Origin: a virus
Taxonomy: Duplodnaviria; Caudoviricetes
DNA length: 56,489 bases
Strand: one strand, 5' to 3'
IMG/VR virus record: IMGVR_UViG_3300009149_000038
Span: 1 to 56,489 of that record
Under the pieces are notes generated by a model. That model was not told the origin of the DNA, made no database searches, and worked only from the letters and a program-made list of their open reading frames with translations. Shown here in pieces: positions 38,878-48,411 of the stretch. Position 1 is the first letter of the stretch. Every line of letters begins with the position of its first letter. The position numbers were made by a program, and so were the translations under genes.

Positions 38878-39675
38878 CTAAAATTCAGTTCCGTCTTCCT
38901 CGTACTTTTCATCCTTAACTACCATAGATAATACAGTAAATGTATCACTATCCTTGGACTCAAATACTAGTTTATCATCGCCAAATTTAACAGAATAGGT
39001 TTCATTATCCAATTTAGAAAATTGTTCTTTATAAATTGTAATTAATGCTTTTTCATCACCATTGTTTGCAATGTCTAATTCAAAAACCTTGCCCTTTACA
39101 AAGACCTTTTTATCTTTAACTAAGAATTCCAAGAATTTATATTCCTTATCTAGATCTGATAGAGAACTAATTCTTTCTATTGTTACATTTGGCAGATCAA
39201 ACAATGTGATAACATTGGTATTAGCGATATGATTTAGAAAAAGATCATCAGATATGTAATTGAATACTTTTAAAGATGAACATCCTATTTTCATCTTTAA
39301 TGAAGCACTCTTTAACAAAAGAGAAGCTGCAGCAAGTTTTGTTGTGGATTCAACTAATACTTCATTATATTGAATATCCATAGTAAATTCTCCAGCCGAG
39401 AAGTGATCCAATGATTTCATAACCCTTACAACATCATAAATACCCATTTGGATAAGTTGTGGATTTCCAGATGATTTGTGTGTAAATCCAGCATCAACAA
39501 AAGAAATCTTAGAGAATTTAACCACGCTCTTCTCCTCATTATAGGATTTAGCATTAAAGCATTGATTAGCTTCATCAATATCAATCAATAGAGATTTTTC
39601 TATTGACGAAAATTTCTTAAGCCATGCAGAAAATGTTTTTGCATTCTTTCCTGTGAAGGAAACTGTTTTAGCCAT
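38878..39675 (-). CDS. Probable sliding clamp (T4 gp45-like)
   Basis: 265 aa with LKKFSSIEKSLLI and MGIYDVVRVMKSL resembling gp45 motifs, in replication context. Confidence 0.6.
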   Translation of the reverse strand: MAKTVSFTGKNAKTFSAWLKKFSSIEKSLLIDIDEANQCFNAKSYNEEKSVVKFSKISFVDAGFTHKSSGNPQLIQMGIYDVVRVMKSLDHFSAGEFTMDIQYNEVLVESTTKLAAASLLLKSASLKMKIGCSSLKVFNYISDDLFLNHIANTNVITLFDLPNVTIERISSLSDLDKEYKFLEFLVKDKKVFVKGKVFELDIANNGDEKALITIYKEQFSKLDNETYSVKFGDDKLVFESKDSDTFTVLSMVVKDEKYEEDGTEF

Positions 39676-39703
39676 AATTATGTTTTTAAATGTTCTTTGA
39701 TCT

Positions 39704-39740
39704 TTTTACACAACAATGGGACTTAAGTTTTTAAGTCCCA
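39704..39740 (-). promoter_or_regulatory. Composite hairpin / ECF-type promoter upstream of the clamp gene
   Basis: TGGGACTTAA-AAAC-TTAAGTCCCA-TTGTTG-TGTAAA. Confidence 0.6.
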
Positions 39741-39763
39741 GAGTTTTTTATCAAATAATTTTA

Positions 39764-41185
39764 TTATTCATCAAATACTTCAAGAGATTTCTCGAATGGG
39801 TCTTCGCCATCCCAAATCTGAATCCCGTTATCTTCTGATAAATCTTCTGGACCGAATAAATCGGTAGTATTCCTTCGAGAAGTAATCCCTCGTTTACTTG
39901 TCGGATCGGGGGTGGCTTCGTATAGTTTTTTGGCCTTTGTATGCTCTCTTGTTAATCTCTTTAATTCACTTTCTAGAAAACTGATGGTCTCAGTAGTTTT
40001 TCTTAGTTCATCTTTAGTAAATTTTTTAGATGTCATTCCTTCAAGACGGGCTTTAAGATCTTTCGAATATGGCTTTAGAAAAATATCAACCTCAGCAATA
40101 GTTCTTTGCTTTTGAAGGATGAATTGTATAAATAATCTTTTAGCCCGATTGAACTCTAATTCTCGATCAGTCCAATTCATTTTATACCCCTTATCCGTCA
40201 TATCAAGCCTAAGAAGTTGCCATTTATAATCATCAAGATATTCCTCTATTTTTTCATAAACAAGAACCTGACCATCTTTAATAAAAACTGGGGTTTCTGT
40301 AACAATAACGGAAAATGCTTTAGTTACAAATTGAACAATCTCCTGAAATTCTTTAGAATCTTTGCCAGAATAAATTACATCTACTTTAACCGTAGTGTTG
40401 GAGTTGTTTAAAACCCTTACTTTTCCATCAAAATGATTAAATAGAAAATCTAATCTTTTAATGGCTAAAGCATATTTCATTACCGGAGGAAGTTCTCTGA
40501 TTTCTATTCTGTTTCCATCAATATTAATATCGGAACTTATAATCCAGGCTTTTTCTAGATTCTTATATCTCTGTATTTTACCATTGAAATTGGTAAAGTA
40601 TGGTTTGACATTCTTTCTTTTACCTTCCCAGTATTCTTTAATATCTTCTAGTTTTCTTGGAAGTATGGTGGTTTTATATCCAGGAGCAAGACCTATAATA
40701 CCAGTAACTAATCCAATAGGATAATCCATCCATACTGGTTTATATGCGCCTTCATCGGTTCTCTCTTGAAGATAATTATATGCCTTGATTATTTCTCCTG
40801 GCTTTTTTCCAAGTTTTACAGAAGTGTATCTTGGTGCAGCAGGCTCCGGAGATACTTCGGATCCAAAGAATCCATCTCCTTCTAAAATTCTCATAGAAGA
40901 TCCAAAGGGACGGGCAAGTTTTGAGATGGCTTTACCCAGACTCATATCTCCATGGTGATATCCATCTTTGATAGCTTCTCCAAGTACAGATAATGTTTTA
41001 GTTTTGGTAGCGGGTGTATTCATAATAATATACCGCTGAACTGGAGTCAATGCATCATAAAAGGAGGGAATCCCTCGATCCTCAAGAGCATAGAGAGCAT
41101 AGTCTCTATATTTGGTATCAATAAGTTTACTTATCGGTAAGGAAATTATCCTTTCAATATTATGACCTGTTTTTTTATTTTTCAT
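39764..41185 (-). CDS. Type II DNA topoisomerase, GyrA/ParC-like subunit (T4 gp52-like)
   Basis: RGIPSFYDALTPVQR, YHHGDMS, GFFGS and AAPRYT (catalytic Tyr). Confidence 0.95.
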   Translation of the reverse strand: MKNKKTGHNIERIISLPISKLIDTKYRDYALYALEDRGIPSFYDALTPVQRYIIMNTPATKTKTLSVLGEAIKDGYHHGDMSLGKAISKLARPFGSSMRILEGDGFFGSEVSPEPAAPRYTSVKLGKKPGEIIKAYNYLQERTDEGAYKPVWMDYPIGLVTGIIGLAPGYKTTILPRKLEDIKEYWEGKRKNVKPYFTNFNGKIQRYKNLEKAWIISSDINIDGNRIEIRELPPVMKYALAIKRLDFLFNHFDGKVRVLNNSNTTVKVDVIYSGKDSKEFQEIVQFVTKAFSVIVTETPVFIKDGQVLVYEKIEEYLDDYKWQLLRLDMTDKGYKMNWTDRELEFNRAKRLFIQFILQKQRTIAEVDIFLKPYSKDLKARLEGMTSKKFTKDELRKTTETISFLESELKRLTREHTKAKKLYEATPDPTSKRGITSRRNTTDLFGPEDLSEDNGIQIWDGEDPFEKSLEVFDE

Positions 41186-41216
41186 TTTAGAGTTAATAAG
41201 TTTGCATATATATTAT

Positions 41217-41909
41217 ATGAAAAGGTTTCACTACGTGTATATAATAACTAATAAAGTCAATGGTAAACAATATGTCGGGGATCATTCCACCAATGATTTG
41301 GATGATCAATATATGGGAAGCGGTATCCTGTTAAAAAAAGCATATAACAAATATAATAAAAAAATATTTAATAAAAAAATATTAGAGCAATTTAATTCAA
41401 AAGAAGATGCATTTTTTGCTCAAGAAAAATGGATTAATGAATATAATACATTGGTTCCTAATGGATATAATATAAGTCCTAAAGGCGGAAATGGAATTAG
41501 TGGTTGCCATTCAAAAGAAACCATAGAAAAATTAAGAACTCCAAAAAGTGAAAAAACCAAGCAAAAAATAAGCCAGACCCTTTCTGGAAGAGAGGGACCT
41601 AATAAAGGAAGGGTTTTTTCAGATGATTGGAAATCTAACATGTCAAAAGCTCAAAAAGGATTAAAATCGGGTGAATCTCACCCTCTATTTGGAAAATTTC
41701 ATTCTATAGAAACCAAGCAAAAAATTAGCGAATCTAAAAAGAAAATCATACCATCTGAAGAAACTAGGAAAAAAATGAGTGAGTCCCACATAGGTCGGAC
41801 TTCTCCGAACAAAGGAAAAAAACTCTCGATTGAACAAAAGAATAAAATAAGATCCTCTATGATAGGTAAAAAAAGAGGGCCCTATAAAAAATCCCATAAA
41901 TTGACTTAA
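41217..41909 (+). CDS. GIY-YIG homing endonuclease with NUMOD3 repeats, opposite strand to its neighbours
   Basis: YVYIITNKVNGKQYVGDH...YMGSG...GYN and HSxET repeats. The likely start is MKRFHY at 41217, after the CATATATA motif. Confidence 0.9.
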   Translation: MKRFHYVYIITNKVNGKQYVGDHSTNDLDDQYMGSGILLKKAYNKYNKKIFNKKILEQFNSKEDAFFAQEKWINEYNTLVPNGYNISPKGGNGISGCHSKETIEKLRTPKSEKTKQKISQTLSGREGPNKGRVFSDDWKSNMSKAQKGLKSGESHPLFGKFHSIETKQKISESKKKIIPSEETRKKMSESHIGRTSPNKGKKLSIEQKNKIRSSMIGKKRGPYKKSHKLT

Positions 41910-41911
41910 AT

Positions 41912-42085
41912 TCATTGAGCAGGAAAATAGGGGTATCTTATTGAAAATGATTGTTTATATCCGCAGGAATTACATGAATGCTCATATTGATTTCCTTGAA
42001 CTATACCATTTGGTCTCATGTATCCATTTCCACACACAGGGCATTTCTGATCGACCTGAACTTGTTCGCCTTTTCTGACTTCCAT
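41912..42085 (-). CDS. Zn-ribbon protein (57 aa, not in the ORF track)
   Basis: MEVRKGEQVQVDQKCPVCGNGYMRPNGIVQGNQYEHSCNSCGYKQSFSIRYPYFPAQ. Confidence 0.75.
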   Translation of the reverse strand: MEVRKGEQVQVDQKCPVCGNGYMRPNGIVQGNQYEHSCNSCGYKQSFSIRYPYFPAQ

Positions 42086-42111
42086 TTTTTTAACGTTTCT
42101 TTAACTATATA

Positions 42112-42540
42112 TTACAAAGTATGATTTTCCCAATACCCTTCTGGATAATGTTTATTAAGATAGAACTTTAATTTAGTCCATCCTTTATGATCTTCTTTTG
42201 AAAAATAGCCCATGAATGAATCTTCATCATGAAAAGGGTTCAATTTCATTTCATCTAATTCATTTCTTATAAACGCAGTATATTTTCTTAATTCTTGCTC
42301 ATCTGTAGTTTTTACTTCTATTTCTCCAGCAACCCAAGGAGTTATCATGTTTAAATACTTTCCCCCGTCTGTATATTCTAATAATTCACAATAAAATACA
42401 ATTCCTAAATTCCATTCCTGAAGATCCGTTTTCTTACAAACATATTGAGTATCTTCTTGATTCCATCCATGTTCTTTAAATTTTTCAATAAAGAAAAATA
42501 ACTGATCATCTACATAAGGCTTTAGATTTATTGCTTTCAT
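42112..42540 (-). CDS. Hypothetical protein
   Basis: 142 aa within a tightly packed operon. Confidence 0.7.
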   Translation of the reverse strand: MKAINLKPYVDDQLFFFIEKFKEHGWNQEDTQYVCKKTDLQEWNLGIVFYCELLEYTDGGKYLNMITPWVAGEIEVKTTDEQELRKYTAFIRNELDEMKLNPFHDEDSFMGYFSKEDHKGWTKLKFYLNKHYPEGYWENHTL

Positions 42541-42944
42541 TATTTTAATTTTTCATTTTCAAGCATCATTACTCCTCCTGGCACAGTAGGATAAAATGTT
42601 ATGCTAACTCTATATTGTTTAAATCTTTTCATCAATAGGGTTGCAAGTTCTATGGCCCTGTTTTTAATTTCGGGTTGGCTCATTGGGAATCTTGGGTAAT
42701 TTATGAAACCAATAATTAAGCCTGGTTCATTCCCATCCACATAAATAAATTCTGTGGGAGATACATTAACACATTGTTTTTTTCCTGTACACCATCCTTC
42801 GATAAATCCTTTTACAGTTTTTGCATCTTCAATTGTATCTGTATACCCCTCGCGAAGTCCTAGCCAAATTTTGGCCTCGTAATTATCAACTATTTTCATT
42901 TTTATCTTATTTCTAGTATATTTTTGGTAAAATCCAATCGACAA
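42540..42944 (-). CDS. Conserved hypothetical phage protein
   Basis: CVNVSPTEFIYVDGNEPG...FINYPRFP motif. The start is probably the MKI Met. Confidence 0.7.
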   Translation of the reverse strand: MSIGFYQKYTRNKIKMKIVDNYEAKIWLGLREGYTDTIEDAKTVKGFIEGWCTGKKQCVNVSPTEFIYVDGNEPGLIIGFINYPRFPMSQPEIKNRAIELATLLMKRFKQYRVSITFYPTVPGGVMMLENEKLK

Positions 42945-43345
42945 TTATTGGCTTCCAAAAAGTCCACGCCTAGAATTCCTATTATGTGTATATCATCTCT
43001 ATTAAAATATTCTTGTATATGTGTTAGGTCAGCTCCTAAAAATGTTACCCAAGGGCCTTCTATCTTATAGTCATAAATGACATAGATATCTGTAACCCCT
43101 CCTAATCCTACATATTGTTCACCTAGCAAAATGTAGCTAAATCCATACTCTTCAGATTTGGATATATCCAGCAAGGATTTACTAGCTCCTGTATCTACTA
43201 AAAGTTTGCCCGACTTACCATTGACTTTAATATTAACGAAATGCAAATCATAATGCTCTATTAATTTAACCTCTTGCGGCCCCCAGAAATTTGTTCCCGC
43301 GCAAGAGGTTAAAAATATTAGAAATATGATTAACCATTTTTTCAT
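42902..43345 (-). CDS. Retropepsin-like aspartyl protease lipoprotein
   Basis: Lipobox FLTS-C, LVDTGAS and GILGVDFL. Confidence 0.88.
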   Translation of the reverse strand: MKKWLIIFLIFLTSCAGTNFWGPQEVKLIEHYDLHFVNIKVNGKSGKLLVDTGASKSLLDISKSEEYGFSYILLGEQYVGLGGVTDIYVIYDYKIEGPWVTFLGADLTHIQEYFNRDDIHIIGILGVDFLEANNCRLDFTKNILEIR

Positions 43346-43639
43346 TTAAAACCAATTTCCCTGACTATCTTGAAGTACCTCTTTACCGCATACCGGGCAT
43401 ACTCCATTTGCTGAGCATCCATCAAATCCCTGTTCCTTTGGTGCCTTATGCCAGCCAAAGACATTACAAAACCAAATGCTTTCATGAAACCATGAAACGA
43501 CCATGGATATCATAGCTAAAGGAATCATTGGAATAAATACCAGGATTATAAATGCTGGATTATCTCCATGTTTGTCGATAAATCTTCCAAGTTTCCAACC
43601 TGGGGTGTTTTCAGTTGTCATTTTTATCATAGATTGCAT
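43346..43639 (-). CDS. Membrane protein with a Cys/His cluster
   Basis: TM helix followed by C-x4-WH...C...CPVC. Confidence 0.6.
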   Translation of the reverse strand: MQSMIKMTTENTPGWKLGRFIDKHGDNPAFIILVFIPMIPLAMISMVVSWFHESIWFCNVFGWHKAPKEQGFDGCSANGVCPVCGKEVLQDSQGNWF

Positions 43640-43970
43640 GCCACTCTCGTAGCATATTTTTAAAGCTTTTTCCTTCAGTAGGTTCTAATGGTTCTGCCAA
43701 AACTATTTTCCTCCCAAATGCAAACGCTACTCCCATATCAAAATGAGTCCCTTGAGAATCCGGATTGTAGAAGATATGAACTTCGTGAGCCATTGCAATG
43801 GCCTTGGAATTTTGACTACAAATTTCCCATCCAGAAGCATCTTGCTTTGTATCCCGATGCGGAAGATGGACTTCATGTCCCTCAGATTCTAGTTTGGCAA
43901 CATAATCTTCAAGCTTCTGTTTGTATTCATCAGAAGCCCCTCTTACTGTGCAAATTATAAATATTCTCAT
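43611..43970 (-). CDS. Nucleoside 2-deoxyribosyltransferase-like protein
   Basis: IFII, LESEGHEVHLPHRD and SQGTHFDMGVAFA. Confidence 0.75.
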   Translation of the reverse strand: MRIFIICTVRGASDEYKQKLEDYVAKLESEGHEVHLPHRDTKQDASGWEICSQNSKAIAMAHEVHIFYNPDSQGTHFDMGVAFAFGRKIVLAEPLEPTEGKSFKNMLREWHAIYDKNDN

Positions 43971-44344
43971 TAAAATAAAGGTTTTATTATATCTTTTGGA
44001 TCATCATCTCCTGGGTTCCATTCTGGCACTTCGATATTTAGATTTTCTTTAATCCAATTTGCAACTATTCTGCGATGACAAAAATCTCCAGGCGGTTCCC
44101 AACATAGCAAAACCTGGTCCATAAACATGTCGTAGATCTTTTTAGGATCCTGTTTTGATAAGACCAATTCTTTGTATTGCTTTTCATATTCAGCTTCATC
44201 AATCTCGCCAGCTTTCTTTGCAAAAAATGTTTGACGATCTGGAGCTAGACCTGGATATTGGGCTCCATTATAATCCAGCGGGGGATAGATGCAAATAGCT
44301 ACCCCTTTGTCTCCTTTGTATGTTTTAAAATTTGAGGTTTTCAT
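43970..44344 (-). CDS. DUF488-family protein
   Basis: LAP...Y...Y...LLCWEPPGDFCHRRIVANW. Confidence 0.8.
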   Translation of the reverse strand: MKTSNFKTYKGDKGVAICIYPPLDYNGAQYPGLAPDRQTFFAKKAGEIDEAEYEKQYKELVLSKQDPKKIYDMFMDQVLLCWEPPGDFCHRRIVANWIKENLNIEVPEWNPGDDDPKDIIKPLF

Positions 44345-45591
44345 TTTCCAAATCCCATTTTTTTTCTGTCTAAACTCCCACTATCAGAATTTTTATCTCC
44401 ATAAAAATAGATTTCTGCTAATGTCATCGGCTCATTTATTTTCACATCTTTACCGGTTTTATCCATAAGAGATTGAGCTTTATGTACATCCAGTTTATCA
44501 AATTTATACTCTCTTAATAATCTTCCTTGCCTTCTTAATGCTTCGTCGATTTCGCTGGTATTGGTATTAAAAGTAGCAACAATAGATATATTTAAGCAAT
44601 CTGAAAGCAGACCATCTGTCATATTTAGTATGTTAGATACCGCACCTGATCTTGTATCACCGGCCCTTTTATGCAATGCCGGTTCTGCATCTTCAATAAT
44701 AAGGACAGAATTACTATTGTCCATTAGAAATGGAATAAAGTCTGGGGAAGTGATATGGTCGACCATATCTGGAGATATAAAAATGATATCTCTTTTAAGT
44801 TTACCAGCTAAATATCTTATATAAGTTGTTTTACCAGTTCCAGGATCTCCATGAAGTATAACTAGACCAGTCTTTTTAATATTATTTAGTTTTTTAATAA
44901 TATCTTCAGATACCTCTGAAAAGTCATCATTATAATTATCGTTTAGATCAATCTTCTTCTTCTTAACTTTAAATGGTTTTTTCTGGAATCCATGTTCAGT
45001 TTTATAAACTACATATAAAGTATTTTTAACGACATCCGGTCTTTTATATGATTTTACTAATCCAAAAAGAGTATAAAGTGGATTTTCCAGATCCCCTATC
45101 ATAGCTGGATCATATATAATATAAGTATTGTGCCCATCAAAATATAGGAGGATTTTTTCCATAGCTAAATGAAAGTACCCCATCTCAACCTTCTTGTTAT
45201 CATATCTGCTGCTAGTATCATATGAATTAAGAGGAGGGTTAAGATTTTTTATGAGATTATCAAAGAATCCCCTTGGAAGAACCCCGTTATCCAGGGATAG
45301 AAATGTAGGGACTACATCATATTTCTTCATATACTTATAAAGAATGAATGAAAATCCATAATCTGCTTCTAATGCGGCCTCGTGAATATCATCGAGACTG
45401 TATACCTCCGACCATGGAGAGAATTTTATTTTAGATAGCGAGGGATCTTTCCAAGTTACTTTTTGTATCTTCCTAAAATCCAGGGATTTTGTAATTTGTT
45501 CAATATTCTCATCCTCATCTATAAAATAAGGCATATCTATTTCGTCGTACATATTGGAAGTTATTAATCCATTTCTTAACCTTCTAGCCAC
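44341..45591 (-). CDS. AAA+ ATPase
   Basis: HGDPGTGKT, LIIEDAE, LNMTDGLL, TFN and DEALRRQGRL. Confidence 0.9.
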   Translation of the reverse strand: MARRLRNGLITSNMYDEIDMPYFIDEDENIEQITKSLDFRKIQKVTWKDPSLSKIKFSPWSEVYSLDDIHEAALEADYGFSFILYKYMKKYDVVPTFLSLDNGVLPRGFFDNLIKNLNPPLNSYDTSSRYDNKKVEMGYFHLAMEKILLYFDGHNTYIIYDPAMIGDLENPLYTLFGLVKSYKRPDVVKNTLYVVYKTEHGFQKKPFKVKKKKIDLNDNYNDDFSEVSEDIIKKLNNIKKTGLVILHGDPGTGKTTYIRYLAGKLKRDIIFISPDMVDHITSPDFIPFLMDNSNSVLIIEDAEPALHKRAGDTRSGAVSNILNMTDGLLSDCLNISIVATFNTNTSEIDEALRRQGRLLREYKFDKLDVHKAQSLMDKTGKDVKINEPMTLAEIYFYGDKNSDSGSLDRKKMGFGK

Positions 45592-47384
45592 TCTTTTCTT
45601 TTCTTTGGTGAATCTCCAAAAACAATATCTAAGTATTTTTTAGCAGAACGATCCTCTGTTATTTCGAACAGGATCTTATTTTCCATCACCCATTCCCAAT
45701 CTTCAATATTAAGCGATCCTAATCCTTTTAGATAATTAACATTTGTGGGTTTTTTGTTTTTGGAAAATTTAGCGAATTCATTCAAAGTATAAAAATAATG
45801 TTTACCTCCTTGCCAATCACACACCACTAGAGGAGTAACTAATTTCTTTAATCTCCCATCTCTGATAATATCGGGAAACCATTTATGGAAGAAGTTTATA
45901 ATTAAAGCAGCAATATGCTGGCCATCAGGGTCTTCATCAGTTGCAATAATAATATTATTATATTCTGGCGGGCTGATCTTCGATGGATCTATTCCCAGTA
46001 TACTCATAATCTCTAGAACTTCTTTATTCTCTGTTAGGTCGCTTAGCTTCTTTGTATTTTTGATTTTGCCCTTAAGAGCATAAACCCCCTCGAGTTCGCT
46101 ATCTCTAGCCTGCTTGACAGAACCTGCAGCAGATAAACCCTCTGTGATGTATAGAGCCTCCTTTTTTCGGGATGCAGGGGAGTACTTGTGGGAAATGACC
46201 CTTTTAGAGGTTCTCTGGGCCTTTCTGATTTTTCTGATATTTTCAGCATACATCTTTTCTTCTATCTCCGCTTCAATTTCTTTTGTGATCGGAGAGTTTT
46301 TCAGCCCTCTTATAAGTTTAGATTTGAAATTGGATTCTAATAATTCTTCAATCTCAAATCTGGTCACATCATACTTTGATTTATTTTGATCACCAAATCT
46401 CATAAGATCTGATGGGACATCTAAAGCAATCAAAGTATTGTAGAAGTGATGGGCAGCAGAATATTTGAAAAAGTCGTTGCCCCAGTCGTTGATTATCTTC
46501 TGGTGAATGCCAGTACATCTTGAACCATTAACAAATGAAACAGTTGCGGAGTCTTCATATGACTTCCATAGGAGCACTGTACCCAACTCGTTTTTTACTG
46601 CTATATGTTGTTCCGGAATAAAATCTTTAATGATGCCTGCGTCTTCTTTGACCCCGTCACGGATGAATTCCCCACTAATGTTTAGGTGTTTTATCTTGGG
46701 ATCAATGGATACAAGGTATGCTTTGAAAGATAAGTAGGTTCTTACGATATCCTCGTCCCATTTAAAATTTGGGAATACATCTGGGGATGGTATAAATGAT
46801 ACGGACGTACCTCTTTGTTCCCCTGTTTCTTTTTTTCTTTTAAATTCTTTAGTTACCTGAAAATCCTCCCATTCATAATGAACATGGGAAGTTCCATTAA
46901 CTGTAGTTATTTCAAATTCTTTAGAAAGTATATTAACTACAGCAGATCCTACTCCATGAGTTCCTAGAATATTTGTTGATGAATCTATAAAGTTGGATCC
47001 TGCGTGAAGATCTTCCATTGCAGTTCGAACTACATTCTTTTTGGTTTTCGGATGTTTAGAAGTAGCTTTATGAAATCCCCCGCCTCCATCTTTTACCGTT
47101 ACTCTGTTAGTATCAAGATCTACAATAACGTGGATTCCTTTCATTTTTCCCTTCATCCTTTTTGCCTCGTCTAAAGCATTCTCCAAAACCTCAACAATAA
47201 GGTGCATAAAACCAGGTGACCATGATTTATCTGCCACCTGTAATTTCTTATCACTGATGACAGGAACCTTTTCATCAACCATAGAAACTAGTCCCACATA
47301 CATACCAGGGCGAAGCCTTACAGCTTCAAATGTATTGAGAGCTATTATTTCTTTTTCGTGCTTTTGATTAACTTTTATTGCCAT
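45576..47384 (-). CDS. Type II DNA topoisomerase, GyrB/ParE-like subunit (T4 gp39+gp60 in one ORF)
   Basis: VRLRPGMYVG, EVLENALDE, GTHGVG, TEGLSA, LKGK, TDEDPDG and YLKGLGS. Confidence 0.95.
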   Translation of the reverse strand: MAIKVNQKHEKEIIALNTFEAVRLRPGMYVGLVSMVDEKVPVISDKKLQVADKSWSPGFMHLIVEVLENALDEAKRMKGKMKGIHVIVDLDTNRVTVKDGGGGFHKATSKHPKTKKNVVRTAMEDLHAGSNFIDSSTNILGTHGVGSAVVNILSKEFEITTVNGTSHVHYEWEDFQVTKEFKRKKETGEQRGTSVSFIPSPDVFPNFKWDEDIVRTYLSFKAYLVSIDPKIKHLNISGEFIRDGVKEDAGIIKDFIPEQHIAVKNELGTVLLWKSYEDSATVSFVNGSRCTGIHQKIINDWGNDFFKYSAAHHFYNTLIALDVPSDLMRFGDQNKSKYDVTRFEIEELLESNFKSKLIRGLKNSPITKEIEAEIEEKMYAENIRKIRKAQRTSKRVISHKYSPASRKKEALYITEGLSAAGSVKQARDSELEGVYALKGKIKNTKKLSDLTENKEVLEIMSILGIDPSKISPPEYNNIIIATDEDPDGQHIAALIINFFHKWFPDIIRDGRLKKLVTPLVVCDWQGGKHYFYTLNEFAKFSKNKKPTNVNYLKGLGSLNIEDWEWVMENKILFEITEDRSAKKYLDIVFGDSPKKRKEWLEG

Positions 47385-47423
47385 GTATCTTATATCTTCT
47401 TAATCAATTTAGTTTTCCTAATT

Positions 47424-47452
47424 AAAGGGAGGGGTTGTTAAAGCCCCTCCCT
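47424..47452 (-). terminator. Intrinsic terminator after the DUF932-like gene
   Basis: AGGGAGGGGC/GCCCCTCCCT-type GC-rich inverted repeat followed by a short T run on the minus strand. Confidence 0.65.
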
Positions 47453-47480
47453 AGGTGTAATCAAAACTTGGAAATGGAAA

Positions 47481-48326
47481 TTAACAAGTTTCATTGAGGA
47501 AGCTTTCGGTAAGCTCCCAAAGGTCTTTATTAAATTCTAAGTTACGAGCGGCATTTGAAATTACTCTTGCCTGTGATTTGCGGCCTTTTGGGGATTTCTG
47601 CTCGAAAAGTCCTTTTACTGTTCTCTCCTGAACGACATTGAAGAGGGTCCAGAGATCATTAGAATCGTCTTGCGGGCGGACGGGCTCGAAGATATCAAAG
47701 ATATCGATTGAAGCGTTAATTGCGTCCTCGTCTGGAGTTTTATCCTCTTTTGCAAATCTGTCTGAATCCCTGAGTGCGATGGTTTTCATTGCAAATTCGA
47801 TCTTATCATCTTCGCTTACGAAAATGCTTTGCATTTCCTTGATATGATCAGCAACCGTGCGGTATCCTTCAGCGATATCGGAAATGATTTCCATAAGTTT
47901 CGACTGGTTAACACCGACGTGGAGGAATTTGTATGAGCAAGACATACCCGGGATATTAAGAATAAGACCAGTTTCGCTGACCATTCTGAAAAGACCAAGG
48001 TGGATACGAGCTTTAGTGAACCCGTCATGAGAGTTGTCCAAAATAAGTTGTGGGCGGATTTTGTCCCCTTTTACTGGGATGAATCCAAAATCGTCGTTAT
48101 GAAGACGAATGATATGGCGAGCATAAGGACCTACACCGTTTTGTTTCACTGAATAAGGATACCAACCCAATTTTGAGAAAGCGTCCAGAAATTGTTCAGT
48201 AGAGAAGAATGAATAGCGTTCTGTAAGAATCGGGGAGATGTCCCTGGAAAAAGCTGCCGGAGCAACCATTTCAATTTGTTCTTTTGTTTTTGCTTTGTAA
48301 CCGATTGAGAGAAGTTCGTTTTCCAT
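47481..48326 (-). CDS. DUF932/DUF945-family protein
   Basis: APAAF...RYSFFST...HIIRL...PQLILDNSHDG...GLFRMV...DLWTLFNVVQE...NKDLW. Confidence 0.85.
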   Translation of the reverse strand: MENELLSIGYKAKTKEQIEMVAPAAFSRDISPILTERYSFFSTEQFLDAFSKLGWYPYSVKQNGVGPYARHIIRLHNDDFGFIPVKGDKIRPQLILDNSHDGFTKARIHLGLFRMVSETGLILNIPGMSCSYKFLHVGVNQSKLMEIISDIAEGYRTVADHIKEMQSIFVSEDDKIEFAMKTIALRDSDRFAKEDKTPDEDAINASIDIFDIFEPVRPQDDSNDLWTLFNVVQERTVKGLFEQKSPKGRKSQARVISNAARNLEFNKDLWELTESFLNETC

Positions 48327-48350
48327 TTTGTTTTGTTTTTAATTACATAG

Positions 48351-48379
48351 CTAATATAAGACATTCTATGCAATTACAA
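48351..48379 (-). promoter_or_regulatory. Putative host-sigma (early) promoter
   Basis: TTGTAATT-N12-TTATATTAG. Confidence 0.65.
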
Positions 48380-48411
48380 CGATACTTCAAGAGTAAAAAC
48401 GTTAAGAAACG

